Below, piece by piece: positions 10,240-20,419 of a stretch of DNA of 64,000 bases. Positions within the stretch are counted from its first letter, which is position 1. The number at the start of each line of letters is the position of its first letter. This DNA is from Alphaproteobacteria bacterium (GTDB lineage: Bacteria > Pseudomonadota > Alphaproteobacteria > Rs-D84). The DNA is taken from positions 43,952 to 107,951 of the forward strand of contig JAFGMC010000006.1 of assembly GCA_016927735.1 (NCBI GenBank), read 5' to 3'. The notes beneath the pieces are model-generated. The model was not told where the DNA came from, did no database searches, and worked only from the letters and a program-made list of their open reading frames with translations. A program made the translations under genes and the position numbers.

Positions 10240-10270
10240 AAAAAAACCGCCAATTGGCGGTTTTAATTTT
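10240..10270. terminator. bidirectional terminator
   Basis: aaaaaa-accgccaattggcggt-tttaatttt. Confidence 0.75.
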
Positions 10271-10475
10271 AGAATCCGAAAACCATTCTTTGTTTCGATT
10301 GACGTTTCTTTTCGTTACGAACAGCTTCTTCTTTTAAACGTTTACGCATTGTTGTTGGTTTTTCATAGCGTTGACGTTCCTTCATTTCACGATATAGACC
10401 TTCTTTCTGTGACTTACGTTTAGCAACGCGCAAAGCCTGCTCTACATTATTATCGCGTACAAGAACTTTTACCAT
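10269..10475 (-). CDS. rpsU: 30S ribosomal protein S21
   Basis: [21 protein letters not shown]...[15 protein letters not shown] has the S21 signature. Confidence 0.9.
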   Translation of the reverse strand: MVKVLVRDNNVEQALRVAKRKSQKEGLYREMKERQRYEKPTTMRKRLKEEAVRNEKKRQSKQRMVFGF

Positions 10476-10527
10476 GGTTATTCACCCCCTTCAACAATTT
10501 TTCCGAAACACGGATTATATAAGTTTT

Positions 10528-10603
10528 TGGTGGAGCTGATCAGGCTCGAACTGACGACCCCCTGCTTGCAAAGCAGGTGCTCTACCAACTGAGCTACAAC
10601 CCC
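10528..10603 (-). tRNA. tRNA-Ala (TGC)
   Basis: 76 nt GGGGTTGTAGCTCAGTTGGTAGAGC...CTTTGCAAG... with G3:U70 and CCA encoded. Confidence 0.9.
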
Positions 10604-10748
10604 AAAAACTTTGCATCGGTATTAACTCGAAGCGAAGGTTATTTTATATGCTACGAAATTAAAAGTCAACTCAAAAACACAATATTTGAAAACATATTGA
10701 CAATTTGTTAATTAAGTCTAGAATATATGATATTAAGGATTCTTACTT

Positions 10749-11699
10749 ATGATAGAAAAACTCGGGAAGCTGGCTATACCCAAAGATTTTAATGAAAATC
10801 TTGACGCTTTAAAAGAGAAATCATTTAATTGGGGTATGCTTTACACATCTCAAACAGAGTTGGGGGCCACTGGTAATATAACACATTATTCAGCAAGTGA
10901 TAATCCAAGAGGAAATTTTATCCTACTCCCTGGCTTGGCCAGCAATACATCCATAGAACCATTAATGAAATCTATAACCTTTTGGGCATTGCGCGCAAAT
11001 TATAACGTTTATTGTTTAAATACATTTCTTGGCGACTTTAAACCAGAAGTATCAACAGAACATGCCAATAAAAATACTTATGCTGAATTTATAAAACTTG
11101 TCGATTCTGGATTAGATATTATTGAATACAAAATTTCAGGAAAATGGACCTGTTTAATTGGTCACTCTGCTGGATGTTCTGCAGCAATTGATATATTTAA
11201 CAATCGTGTCAAAGAAGGTAAAAAATTAAGATTTTCATCATCTATACTTTTTGCACCCAATGTTTCCAAAGAATGGCATAAATCTATGAAAGACATGTAT
11301 AGAAATAGATACAATCTGGAACATTTATCAAATGAAGAATTTAATAAAACACCAATGGGAATTATGAGCCCACATAATTTGTCTATAAATGAAAAACCGC
11401 AATATATATCAATATTACCAACTTTATTAGATGATCTGGACGAAAGACATTTTAATCCTTATTTAATGAATAAATGGAATGTCCCCGTAACTATGGTTGC
11501 TGGCGGCAAAGATAGAAAAGCTCCAATAGATAAATTAAGAAGAATGGTTAATGTTCTTTCTAAAAGATCAAATACAAACAATTTTAAACTAGTTGAATTT
11601 CCAGATAGCAAACATTCTTTTATAAATCAACATAGGGACTGGGAAGCAATAATAAATCTTATAAAATCACAACGTGTTAAACATAGAACAATAAAATAA
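10749..11699 (+). CDS. alpha/beta-hydrolase-fold esterase/lipase
   Basis: Nucleophile elbow GHSAG, with downstream Asp (GGKDRK) and His (KHSF) candidates. Confidence 0.55.
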   Translation: MIEKLGKLAIPKDFNENLDALKEKSFNWGMLYTSQTELGATGNITHYSASDNPRGNFILLPGLASNTSIEPLMKSITFWALRANYNVYCLNTFLGDFKPEVSTEHANKNTYAEFIKLVDSGLDIIEYKISGKWTCLIGHSAGCSAAIDIFNNRVKEGKKLRFSSSILFAPNVSKEWHKSMKDMYRNRYNLEHLSNEEFNKTPMGIMSPHNLSINEKPQYISILPTLLDDLDERHFNPYLMNKWNVPVTMVAGGKDRKAPIDKLRRMVNVLSKRSNTNNFKLVEFPDSKHSFINQHRDWEAIINLIKSQRVKHRTIK

Positions 11700-11710
11700 A
11701 CATTAAAACA

Positions 11711-12325
11711 TCATCTGGTATTTACTAAAGAAAATAAACTATTTTTTAGGTTTTGTTGTGCTTGATTTTCAAATATATTTAGTAGTTCTGAATTTGATAT
11801 TACTATTTGATCATTATTACCAGAAATAACTTTTTCAAACTGTGTATTTTGATTACATAATATACGCCAACTATCTGAATTTTCTATAGCGCTACCCAAA
11901 AACTTTTTCCTATTTTCATAATAAATATCCAGCATTTCGGGATATATATTATGCCCACCATTTTTAACTCTTTTATTAATTCTATCAGTATGAGTTTCTT
12001 TATCTTTAAGAAAGATGTATGTTATATCTATTTTATAACCGTATTTTCTAAAATTATCAATTCTTTCAATATAAGAATTACTGGTCAACAATGTTTCCCA
12101 AACTAACGATTTTCCTGTTTTTGACCAATAATTTAATAATTTACAAATTTCTTCACTTGCCTTCAGATATGATCTCCAAGAATAATCCCCATTAATTTCA
12201 TAAGCCATACTGTCAAAATTTAAAATTTTAATTCCACAGTCTTTAAATCTTTCATCTATAAACGTTGATTTACCGGCACCATTAACCCCACCAACTATAT
12301 ATAAAGTTCTGTTATCTTCGTTCAT
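11711..12325 (-). CDS. P-loop kinase, zeta-toxin/CPT-like family
   Basis: Walker A GGVNGAGKST near the N-terminus, about 200 aa, no partner antitoxin ORF seen. Confidence 0.45.
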   Translation of the reverse strand: MNEDNRTLYIVGGVNGAGKSTFIDERFKDCGIKILNFDSMAYEINGDYSWRSYLKASEEICKLLNYWSKTGKSLVWETLLTSNSYIERIDNFRKYGYKIDITYIFLKDKETHTDRINKRVKNGGHNIYPEMLDIYYENRKKFLGSAIENSDSWRILCNQNTQFEKVISGNNDQIVISNSELLNIFENQAQQNLKNSLFSLVNTR

Positions 12326-12448
12326 AAATTTTCCTAATTTCTTTTCTTTTTATTATACATATTAATACAATACCACTTTTTGTCAATAAATATTAAAACT
12401 TATTATTTATACTTTGACAGAACAATTTGAAAGCTTTAAAATACCGCC

Positions 12449-14251
12449 ATGTTCAAGAAAATATCAAAAAAAATTAAATCTTTATTCGAAGGTGACAAAA
12501 AGAACGCTGGTATAAAGTGGTCTTTGTACGGTCGCGTATGGCGTGAAATTGGAAAACCATATTGGAAATGGTTGTTGGCAGGTGTTGTATGCACTATTCT
12601 TGCAGCCAGTGCCGAAGGGTTTACAATTACATTGGTTCAAAAAATTGTCGATAAAGCTTTTATCGAAAAAAGTGCTGAAACTATTTATCTGCTGGGATTA
12701 CAAATAGTTGCAGCATTTGGTACCAAGGGCATATTCAATTATGCAAAATCCTTGACAATGGCCAAGGCTGGTTTGTCTGCACATGCTGGTTTACAGAGAC
12801 GTATTTATAATCATATGGTCAATATGAATATATCCAAATTCTATGATGATGGAATTGGAAAAAATTTGAATTACTTTACTGTCCAAGCAAACGCGGTCAA
12901 GGTATTGGTCACAGATACAATTATTGGTGTCGTTCAAAATATTGCAACTTTGGCAATTACTTTGGGGTTGATGATTTGGTATGCACCACAAATGTGCGCC
13001 GTATTATTATTTTTGGTTCCTGCAATTATGATTCCAATGATTCTGATTATGCGTAAAAAGCGCAGTTTATCTCGTAAATCTTTTGGGATTGCGAACAATG
13101 TTTCACAACACTTAAACCAGACACTGCATGGTATAAAAACTATTCAAGCATTTGCAAATGAAGATAGTGAAACGAATAAATTTGAACGCGTATTAAATGA
13201 TTCTGTCACAAATTCGTATAAAAACACCCAAGCTGGCGCAATTCAATCACCTTTGTTGGAATTAATGATTTCTATTGGTTTATGTATGGCATTGATTATT
13301 GGCGGACATTTTATAATTTCAGGTGCAATTTCGACTGGTGATTTCACAGCGTTTTTGTTGGCGTTAACCGCTGCATATAAACCTGCAAAAAATATAACAG
13401 GAACGGGAAATACTATTCAACATGGATTATTAGCAGCAGAGGTTTTATTTGATTTCCTGGACAGTAAACCAGATATAACAGACACACCAAATGCAAAAGA
13501 ATTAATATCTGGCGAAATGTCTGTTAATTTCAATAATATTTCATTTGCTTATAACCCTGGGGAACCTGTACTCCAAGATATAAACCTATCTGTACCTGCT
13601 GGAAAAATTTGTGCGTTGGTTGGCCCATCTGGTGGTGGTAAAACAACATTGTTTAACTTGTTAGAAAGATTTTATGACCCACAAAAAGGTAAAATTTCTA
13701 TTAACGGTACAGATATAAAAAAATATACTCTACATTCATTGCGTAAAAATATTGCAGAAGTTTCCCAAGATGTATTTTTATTTAATGGCTCGATTGCTGA
13801 TAATATAAAATATGGTGCACCAAACGCAACACGTGAACAAATAGAGGCAGCAGCCAAGGCAGCCAATGCGCATGAATTTATAATCAGCTTTCCAAAGAAA
13901 TACAATGCAAATGTTGGGGAACGTGGTTCATTATTATCTGGTGGGCAAAAACAACGTATTGCAATTGCACGTGCTATATTAAAAGATGCACCGATATTAT
14001 TATTGGACGAAGCGACATCTGCGCTTGATAGTCAAAGCGAGAAATTAATCCAATCTGCATTAACAGATTTAATGAAGGGCAGAACAACATTTGTAATTGC
14101 ACATCGTCTGTCAACAATCATTGATGCCGATATTATATGCGTTATAAAAAATGGAAAAATTTTTGAATCTGGAACAAATAAAGAATTAATAGAATTAGAC
14201 GGCGAGTATAAAAAACTATTAGATATTCAATTCAAAAAAGACAAAAAATAA
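12449..14251 (+). CDS. msbA: ABC transporter permease/ATPase fusion, MsbA-like lipid exporter
   Basis: Six-TM N-domain plus NBD with GPSGGGKTT, LSGGQKQRIAIARA and LLLDEATSALD. Confidence 0.75.
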   Translation: MFKKISKKIKSLFEGDKKNAGIKWSLYGRVWREIGKPYWKWLLAGVVCTILAASAEGFTITLVQKIVDKAFIEKSAETIYLLGLQIVAAFGTKGIFNYAKSLTMAKAGLSAHAGLQRRIYNHMVNMNISKFYDDGIGKNLNYFTVQANAVKVLVTDTIIGVVQNIATLAITLGLMIWYAPQMCAVLLFLVPAIMIPMILIMRKKRSLSRKSFGIANNVSQHLNQTLHGIKTIQAFANEDSETNKFERVLNDSVTNSYKNTQAGAIQSPLLELMISIGLCMALIIGGHFIISGAISTGDFTAFLLALTAAYKPAKNITGTGNTIQHGLLAAEVLFDFLDSKPDITDTPNAKELISGEMSVNFNNISFAYNPGEPVLQDINLSVPAGKICALVGPSGGGKTTLFNLLERFYDPQKGKISINGTDIKKYTLHSLRKNIAEVSQDVFLFNGSIADNIKYGAPNATREQIEAAAKAANAHEFIISFPKKYNANVGERGSLLSGGQKQRIAIARAILKDAPILLLDEATSALDSQSEKLIQSALTDLMKGRTTFVIAHRLSTIIDADIICVIKNGKIFESGTNKELIELDGEYKKLLDIQFKKDKK

Positions 14252-14359
14252 AAACTCTATTTGATAAAAAATACTTCAAAATAATAAATTAAAACTATCT
14301 GTATTAAATCATATTTTTATTGACAAATACTTTTTTAGTGCTATCTTTCTAGAAAAGAG

Positions 14360-14635
14360 GTGATTAAATTGAATTTTATTAAACAAATAAGTACTTATTT
14401 ACAGATACGAAATTCAAAATATAATGTAAAAGGTCACATTACTTTCATAGGTGGTGATTATTTTATATCTGAAGAAGGTCTGAATATTAATGCAAAAATA
14501 TTATATAATGAATATAGCATCAAAATACATAATAAATCTGTTATAAAAAATTGTCCTGAAGAATACGAAAATAAAGGACTGTTAGCATATTTTATAACTA
14601 GAAACTTAGAAAAAAAATATATTATCAGTAGATAA
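14360..14635 (+). CDS. hypothetical small protein (start uncertain, GTG/TTG)
   Basis: ORF only, with SD aagagg nearby. The terminator that follows fits this being a real gene. Confidence 0.2.
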   Translation: MIKLNFIKQISTYLQIRNSKYNVKGHITFIGGDYFISEEGLNINAKILYNEYSIKIHNKSVIKNCPEEYENKGLLAYFITRNLEKKYIISR

Positions 14636-14636
14636 T

Positions 14637-14668
14637 AAAAAACGGCTTCATATGAAGCCGTTTTTTAT
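14637..14668. terminator. bidirectional terminator
   Basis: aaaa-acggcttcatatgaagccgt-tttttattt. Confidence 0.8.
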
Positions 14669-16722
14669 TTAACCACCAGTTCTTTTCCTTTGACATCAAC
14701 ATCTATTATACTGCCATCACTGACCTTGCCAGACAAAATCAAATCTGCAATTTTATCTTCAACTGATGATGTAATAAGTCGCTTCAATGGGCGTGCACCG
14801 AACACTGGATCATAACCATTGTCACCCAACCAGTTAATTGCCTTGTCAGATACATGCATACTAATACGACGTTCTGCCAAACGTTTTTCCAACCCGCGTA
14901 ATTGTATTTTTACAATTCCCGACATAACATCTTTACCTAATTGATTAAAGAAAACAATTTCATCAATACGATTGATAAATTCAGGTCTGAAATGTTTTTT
15001 GACCGCATCAATATTTTGCAAATTGCTGGTCATAATTATAATTGTGTTTGTGAAATTAATAATACGACCCTGGCCATCTGTCAAACGACCATCGTCCAGT
15101 ATTTGCAAGAATACATTAAATACATCTGGATGTGCTTTTTCAATTTCGTCGAATAACAAAACCTGATATGGGCGGCGGCGAACACTTTCTGTTAATGCGC
15201 CACCCTGTTCGTACCCGACATATCCCGGGGGACTGCCAATCAGGCGTGATACTGAATGCGATTCCATATATTCCGACATATCTATTCTGGTCATGGCTGC
15301 ATCATCATTGAACAAGTATTCTGCCAATGCCTTTGCAACCTCTGTTTTACCAACCCCGGTTGGTCCCAAGAACATAAAGCTACCCGATGGACGACGTGGA
15401 TCCGACAGTCCTGCACGCGAACGACGTATTGCACGTGAAATGACATTCAACGCATGGTCTTGTCCGACAACCCTAGCGCGCATTTCATCTTCGATATTCA
15501 ACAGTTTTGATTGCTCTTCTATACTTAATTTATCTGCTGGAACACCGGTCCATTTACTGACCACAGCTGCAATATGTTCTGGCAAAACAGTTTTATATTC
15601 TTTTGATTCGTTGTTCATTTGCTGAATCGTTTTTTCCAGTTCTGGAATTTTACCATATTGCAATGCAGATGCTTTTTCAAAATCACCATTACGCATAGCA
15701 GTTGCAACCTCTGCCTTGGCTGAATCCAGCGCAGCCATTGCATCGGAAAGCCCATGCATCTTTTTTTGTTCTTCTTGCCATTGATCTGTTAACTTTTTAG
15801 ATTCAAATTCAGTATTAGAAATCAATTTTTCCAAATCTTTCAGACGTCTTTTTGATTCTTCATCTTTTTCTTTTTTTAACGCCTGTTGTTCTATTTTCAG
15901 CTGCATTAAATACCTGTCGATTTCATCAAGCTTTTCAGGTTTCGATGCGATTTCAATACGAACGCGTGCTGCGGCTTCGTCCATTAAATCAATTGCTTTG
16001 TCTGGCAAAAACCTGTCTGTGATATACCTGTTGGATAAACGAACCGCAGAAACCAGTGCAGCATCTGCAATACGAACACCGTGATGACCTTCGTACTTTT
16101 CCTTTAACCCACGTAAGATTGAAATTGTATCATCTACACTTGGTTCATCTACAAAGACAGGTTGAAAACGACGTGCTAATGCAGGGTCTTTTTCAATATA
16201 TTGTCTGTATTCGTCCAGTGTAGTAGCACCTAAACAGTGTAATTCCCCACGCGCCAGCATAGGTTTTAATAGATTACCTGCATCCATAGAACCTTCACCC
16301 TTACCCGCACCAACCATTGTGTGTAATTCATCTATAAATAATATAATTTGACCGTTAGAATCTTTTACTGCCTTTAAAATTGCTTTCATGCGCGCTTCAA
16401 ATTGACCACGAAACATCGCGCCTGCCATCATTGCACCCATATCCAATGACAACAGTTTTTTTTCTAATAAATTTTCTGGAACGTCCCCAGAAATAATTCT
16501 GTTTGCTAACCCTTCGACAATTGCGGTTTTACCAACCCCCGGATTTCCAATTAGAACAGGATTATTTTTTGTTCGACGTGATAAAACTTGGATTGTACGA
16601 CGAATTTCTTCATCACGCCCAATAACAGGATCCAACTTTCCATCTGCTGCCAGTTTTGTAAAATCATTTGTATATTTCGCAACTGCTTGTTCTGGTGTTT
16701 CTTTCATTTCATCTGGATTCAT
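14665..16722 (-). CDS. clpB: ClpB disaggregase lacking the N-terminal domain
   Basis: NBD1 [15 protein letters not shown], coiled-coil M-domain, NBD2 GPTGVGKTE. The ATG at 16722 (MNPDEM) has SD aaggag. No N-domain is encoded upstream, since rpmB follows. Confidence 0.85.
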   Translation of the reverse strand: MNPDEMKETPEQAVAKYTNDFTKLAADGKLDPVIGRDEEIRRTIQVLSRRTKNNPVLIGNPGVGKTAIVEGLANRIISGDVPENLLEKKLLSLDMGAMMAGAMFRGQFEARMKAILKAVKDSNGQIILFIDELHTMVGAGKGEGSMDAGNLLKPMLARGELHCLGATTLDEYRQYIEKDPALARRFQPVFVDEPSVDDTISILRGLKEKYEGHHGVRIADAALVSAVRLSNRYITDRFLPDKAIDLMDEAAARVRIEIASKPEKLDEIDRYLMQLKIEQQALKKEKDEESKRRLKDLEKLISNTEFESKKLTDQWQEEQKKMHGLSDAMAALDSAKAEVATAMRNGDFEKASALQYGKIPELEKTIQQMNNESKEYKTVLPEHIAAVVSKWTGVPADKLSIEEQSKLLNIEDEMRARVVGQDHALNVISRAIRRSRAGLSDPRRPSGSFMFLGPTGVGKTEVAKALAEYLFNDDAAMTRIDMSEYMESHSVSRLIGSPPGYVGYEQGGALTESVRRRPYQVLLFDEIEKAHPDVFNVFLQILDDGRLTDGQGRIINFTNTIIIMTSNLQNIDAVKKHFRPEFINRIDEIVFFNQLGKDVMSGIVKIQLRGLEKRLAERRISMHVSDKAINWLGDNGYDPVFGARPLKRLITSSVEDKIADLILSGKVSDGSIIDVDVKGKELVVK

Positions 16723-16875
16723 CTTAATACTCCTTATGAGTTTATTGAACCGACGTATCATCAGGATTCATCTATAAACTCCTTTTAACCATATATAGTT
16801 ATGATTTTATCAAATTCAAGCTTGACTTTTAATGGTTTTTATTATAAATTGTGCCCAGTTTAAAAGGATTATAAT

Positions 16876-17256
16876 ATGCCACGTGTATGTAAAGTTACAG
16901 GAAAGAAAACTCAAGTTGGGATGAATGTATCTCACTCTCATCGTCGCACAAAGCGCACTTTCATTCCAAATTTGCAAATTTTAAAATTCCACAGTGATAT
17001 TTTGGGACGTGATTTTTCATTACGTATTTCAACTTCTGGTCTGCGCACATTGAACAAGCATGGCGGTCTGGATGGTTATGTAATGGCAAAACCAATTTCA
17101 CGTTTAACAGAAGATATGGCTGTTGTTAAAAAAGCGATTATTAAAAAGGTTGGGAAACCTGCAGCTCCTGAAAAGAAGCCTGCGCACAAACCAAACCTCA
17201 GTGCAAGATTGGTTAATAAAGTAGCCGCTAAGAAAACAGCAACCAAGAAAGCTTAA
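16876..17256 (+). CDS. rpmB: 50S ribosomal protein L28 with ~50-aa Lys/Ala-rich C-terminal extension
   Basis: MPRVCKVTGKKTQVGMNVSHSHRRTKRTFIPNL... is the L28 core. The tail is ...KKVGKPAAPEKKPAHKPNLSARLVNKVAAKKTATKKA. Confidence 0.8.
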   Translation: MPRVCKVTGKKTQVGMNVSHSHRRTKRTFIPNLQILKFHSDILGRDFSLRISTSGLRTLNKHGGLDGYVMAKPISRLTEDMAVVKKAIIKKVGKPAAPEKKPAHKPNLSARLVNKVAAKKTATKKA

Positions 17257-17263
17257 ATAGCTT

Positions 17264-17348
17264 GGCTCTGTGGCGGAATTGGTAGACGCGCTTGACTCAA
17301 AATCAAGTTCTGCAAGGAGTATCGGTTCAAGTCCGATCAGAGCCACCA
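17264..17348 (+). tRNA. tRNA-Leu (CAA)
   Basis: 85-nt type II tRNA, CTTGA-CTCAAAA-TCAAG anticodon arm, CCA encoded. Confidence 0.85.
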
Positions 17349-17355
17349 AGATTAT

Positions 17356-17386
17356 AAACCGGCATTTTGCCGGTTTCTTTTATTTA
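17356..17386 (+). terminator. intrinsic terminator after tRNA-Leu
   Basis: aaaccggcattttgccggttt plus cttttattt. Confidence 0.8.
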
Positions 17387-17471
17387 TACACATAAAATAT
17401 CTTCAATTATTCAAAAAACATTATTTTTATGATACAATGTGCATTGATAGGATAATAATCCTTATGAAAAT

Positions 17472-17942
17472 ATGGAGAGAAAATTCATGCCAAAAATAAA
17501 AGCTGTAATATTTGATTGCATTGATACTCTTGTTAAACCTGGCGAAAATTCAAAATCAGAAATAACAAAAACCCTAAAGAAATTACCTGTACCTTATTGC
17601 ATAGTAACTAATGATGGTACAGATATAGAAAAATTACAGCAAGTTGGAATGTACGAATGTTTTAAAGGTCGTATTTTTGAAGCTCCTGGTATTAATGGAA
17701 AAAAAAATCTATTTAACGAAATTTCAAAAAACATGCAACTAAAACCACAAGAATGTCTGGTAATAGAAGATAATATAGATGGAACAAAAAATGCATCAAA
17801 ATCAGAAATGAAAATTCTGGCATATCTTGGTCATAAAACGACTTTTGTAAATTACTTTGATTTACGTGTTGCCGGTGCTTGGGGACTTCTTGATGAGATG
17901 GAATTTTTATGGTTTTTGACCAATAACAATAAAACTCGTTAA
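17472..17942 (+). CDS. HAD-like hydrolase (short, non-canonical motif I)
   Basis: AVIFDCIDTLV, IVTND, K and EDNIDG motifs. Assignment is weak. Confidence 0.3.
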   Translation: MERKFMPKIKAVIFDCIDTLVKPGENSKSEITKTLKKLPVPYCIVTNDGTDIEKLQQVGMYECFKGRIFEAPGINGKKNLFNEISKNMQLKPQECLVIEDNIDGTKNASKSEMKILAYLGHKTTFVNYFDLRVAGAWGLLDEMEFLWFLTNNNKTR

Positions 17943-17945
17943 ATT

Positions 17946-18218
17946 TTATGATATTTTTTGTTTAATTGCGCGAATTCTGACCAGAATTTCTTTTAATTCC
18001 GATTCATCAACAAATTTATTGTTTGAATTAACCTCGTCTGCCAGAACAATACATAATGTCGCCAACAAAGAACTTTCTTGTAATGGACCAATTTTATCCA
18101 GAATTTCACGCGCACGTGCATCTACCATTTTTCCAAGCTCGATCAAACGCGCTTCTTGCCCGTCTTCACATCCCATTGGATAATTTTTATTTACAATTGG
18201 TATTGATACTACACTCAT
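17946..18218 (-). CDS. zapA: cell-division protein ZapA-like
   Basis: 90-aa protein ...SSLLATLCIVLADEV... with ZapA-like size and helix pattern. Confidence 0.5.
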   Translation of the reverse strand: MSVVSIPIVNKNYPMGCEDGQEARLIELGKMVDARAREILDKIGPLQESSLLATLCIVLADEVNSNNKFVDESELKEILVRIRAIKQKIS

Positions 18219-18424
18219 TTCAAACTCTTCAAAATAGATACTGATTTATCTATAAAATCGGATGCCTTGGCATTCTTATCACGTAATGTTTTAATTTGTT
18301 CTGTTAAAATAGCAACTTCTAAATCAGTTTGTTTACCGGCATTATGCGCAACAGAATTCAGTTTTATAACTGTTTCTTCTAAAATAGATAATTCTTTAAA
18401 AATTTGCTGTTTCAAATCGGACAT
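18215..18424 (-). CDS. small coiled-coil protein upstream of zapA (ZapB/ZauP-like)
   Basis: 69-aa heptad-rich sequence, with a 4-nt overlap onto zapA. Confidence 0.4.
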   Translation of the reverse strand: MSDLKQQIFKELSILEETVIKLNSVAHNAGKQTDLEVAILTEQIKTLRDKNAKASDFIDKSVSILKSLK

Positions 18425-18508
18425 GAATCTATTCTAAGCTATTTTTTTTATGCGTTCAACACTAAAATGTGGTATAATGTGCAGGCAGTTGTTAGGGAGA
18501 GTGGCTTT

Positions 18509-19411
18509 ATGAAAACTAAAATTATCTATATTTCTGGCAGTGAAATCTTTGACGTGGCTGATATAAGATCTGCATTTGATGAGGTAAGGTCTGCGTTGGG
18601 ATTCGGTCTGGATACTGTTTTATTTGGTGTACCAGTTGATTCTGATGACATCGGATTAGAAAAAATTAAAAAACCATCAGAATTAAAAAACACTGTTGTC
18701 ACAGAAGAAATAATTGAAACTGAATCTGAAGAAGATGTATCAGAAGAAGTTGTCATAAAACCTGCACCTTTAAAAAAGAAAACGACTAAAATAGAATTAG
18801 AATCTGAAACTAAACCTGAACCGGAACAAAGATATCCAAAGGTATCAGAAAAAATTATCCCAATTCTGTCTGTTTTATCTGGCAAGTCTGATTCTGAAAA
18901 CAATGAAGATGAACAAAATTCAAATTCACAAGAATCTATCGAAATAGAATCTGTCGTATCAGAAACAGTGACTCTGAAAGATAAAAATTTTATTGATGAA
19001 GAAGAAGTTGTTACAACTAAAACATTCACCATTGAAGAAATGATGAATGATGATGTACCTGATGTGGAACAAGAAGAAACTTTGGAACAACTGTTTGCAA
19101 GAATTACGCCATTACGCGAAGATACTAATACAGAAGAAATTAACATAACTTCTATGGAAAATATAAATACAGATACAACTTTGGAACAACTGGCTAACGA
19201 GTTTTCAGAAAAAGAAAATGATATTATCAGCACACCAAAGATTGAATCTTCCGGAAAAATCGGAAAACTAAAAAACATTCTACCTTTTAAAAAGGCTAAA
19301 CGCGAAGAACCTGGATTGATGGGTGATTTGTTTGGTTGGGCGGGTATTGCTGCAAATGATGAAGAATTTTCAATACCTGGATTTTTCACTACATCCGCTT
19401 CTAAAAAGTAG
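18509..19411 (+). CDS. hypothetical acidic protein (globular N-domain, long D/E/S/T-rich linker, conserved C-terminus)
   Basis: ATG at 18509 with SD gggagag. MKTKIIYISGSEIFDVADIRS... then low-complexity acidic region, then ...GLMGDLFGWAGIAAND. First gene of a tight three-gene operon. Confidence 0.35.
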   Translation: MKTKIIYISGSEIFDVADIRSAFDEVRSALGFGLDTVLFGVPVDSDDIGLEKIKKPSELKNTVVTEEIIETESEEDVSEEVVIKPAPLKKKTTKIELESETKPEPEQRYPKVSEKIIPILSVLSGKSDSENNEDEQNSNSQESIEIESVVSETVTLKDKNFIDEEEVVTTKTFTIEEMMNDDVPDVEQEETLEQLFARITPLREDTNTEEINITSMENINTDTTLEQLANEFSEKENDIISTPKIESSGKIGKLKNILPFKKAKREEPGLMGDLFGWAGIAANDEEFSIPGFFTTSASKK

Positions 19412-19447
19412 AAAATATAAAGCTGTTAACATTAACTGCTGTGCGGA

Positions 19448-20398
19448 ATGAACATTGACACGATTTTTAGATTATTAGAAAACTCTGGTTTCAGAGTATT
19501 GGGAACAGATGGTGTTTTTATTCATCTGGAAGACCCAACATGTGTTTTACGCAGTTTTGAAACCTTTCTTAATTATGCTTGGTTTGCAATAACATTTATC
19601 ACTGCGATTTTATTATTTGGTTGGGCGATTTCAATGATACGCGGTGCCAAAAATGATATTTTTATAAACCTTCGAAATTTAACACTTATCTTTGGAACTC
19701 TGACTGCGGTTAAGCCAATTATTAATATGATATGGGGTGGTGATGTTTTCGCACGCGGTTGCAAGACCATAAATGTATCAATTGCCAATGTGCAAAAAAC
19801 TCTGGATGCACAAAAAAACAAACTTGCAAAATATAATGCTGACGATTTATACGAAGACTTTAATATTTATGATTCTGGTGCACAATCAGAAATTCCATAT
19901 TCACAAGCCCCTGTTTATTCATCTGGAAGTCCACAACAAATTTCTATAAATATATCTGGTACCCAAACATCTTCTGATAAAGAAACTGTATACCAGGATA
20001 AAAATGGTAAACATTATAAAAAAACAGGTGGTACAATTGCCTGGCGTAATAATAATCCAGGAAATATACGATACTCAAAATTTGCAGTTAGCCAAGGTGC
20101 AATTGGTCAGGCGGGTGGATTTGCAGTTTTCCCAGATGAAGATACTGGAATGACAGCGATAAAAGCATTGCTGAATACCAAAAGCTATAATAACCTGACC
20201 ATTGAAGATGCGATAAGTAGATATGCACCACCATTTGAAAATGACACAAACGCATATCAAAGACGTATAGAACAATTAACTGGATTGTCGATAAATATGC
20301 GTATAAATGAATTAAATAATCAGCAAATGCAAAATATGGTTGGTGCAATAAAACAAATAGAAGGTTGGAAACCTGGTCGCGAGATCATAATCCAATAA
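19448..20398 (+). CDS. hypothetical inner-membrane protein with ~200-aa periplasmic C-domain (motif WRNNNPGNIR)
   Basis: Two hydrophobic helices (AWFAITFITAILLFGWAI; LTLIFGTLTAV). C-domain ...AWRNNNPGNIRYSKFAVSQGAIGQAGGFAVFPDEDTGMTAIKALL... Confidence 0.35.
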   Translation: MNIDTIFRLLENSGFRVLGTDGVFIHLEDPTCVLRSFETFLNYAWFAITFITAILLFGWAISMIRGAKNDIFINLRNLTLIFGTLTAVKPIINMIWGGDVFARGCKTINVSIANVQKTLDAQKNKLAKYNADDLYEDFNIYDSGAQSEIPYSQAPVYSSGSPQQISINISGTQTSSDKETVYQDKNGKHYKKTGGTIAWRNNNPGNIRYSKFAVSQGAIGQAGGFAVFPDEDTGMTAIKALLNTKSYNNLTIEDAISRYAPPFENDTNAYQRRIEQLTGLSINMRINELNNQQMQNMVGAIKQIEGWKPGREIIIQ

Positions 20399-20419
20399 AT
20401 AAAAGCAGGAGATTTTAAT

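Noticed and set aside
18526-19389. 287-aa minus-strand ORF antisense to the acidic protein gene
   Set aside because: Ser-rich low-complexity translation of the complement of an acidic E/D codon-biased gene. It has no SD, and the sense ORF does.
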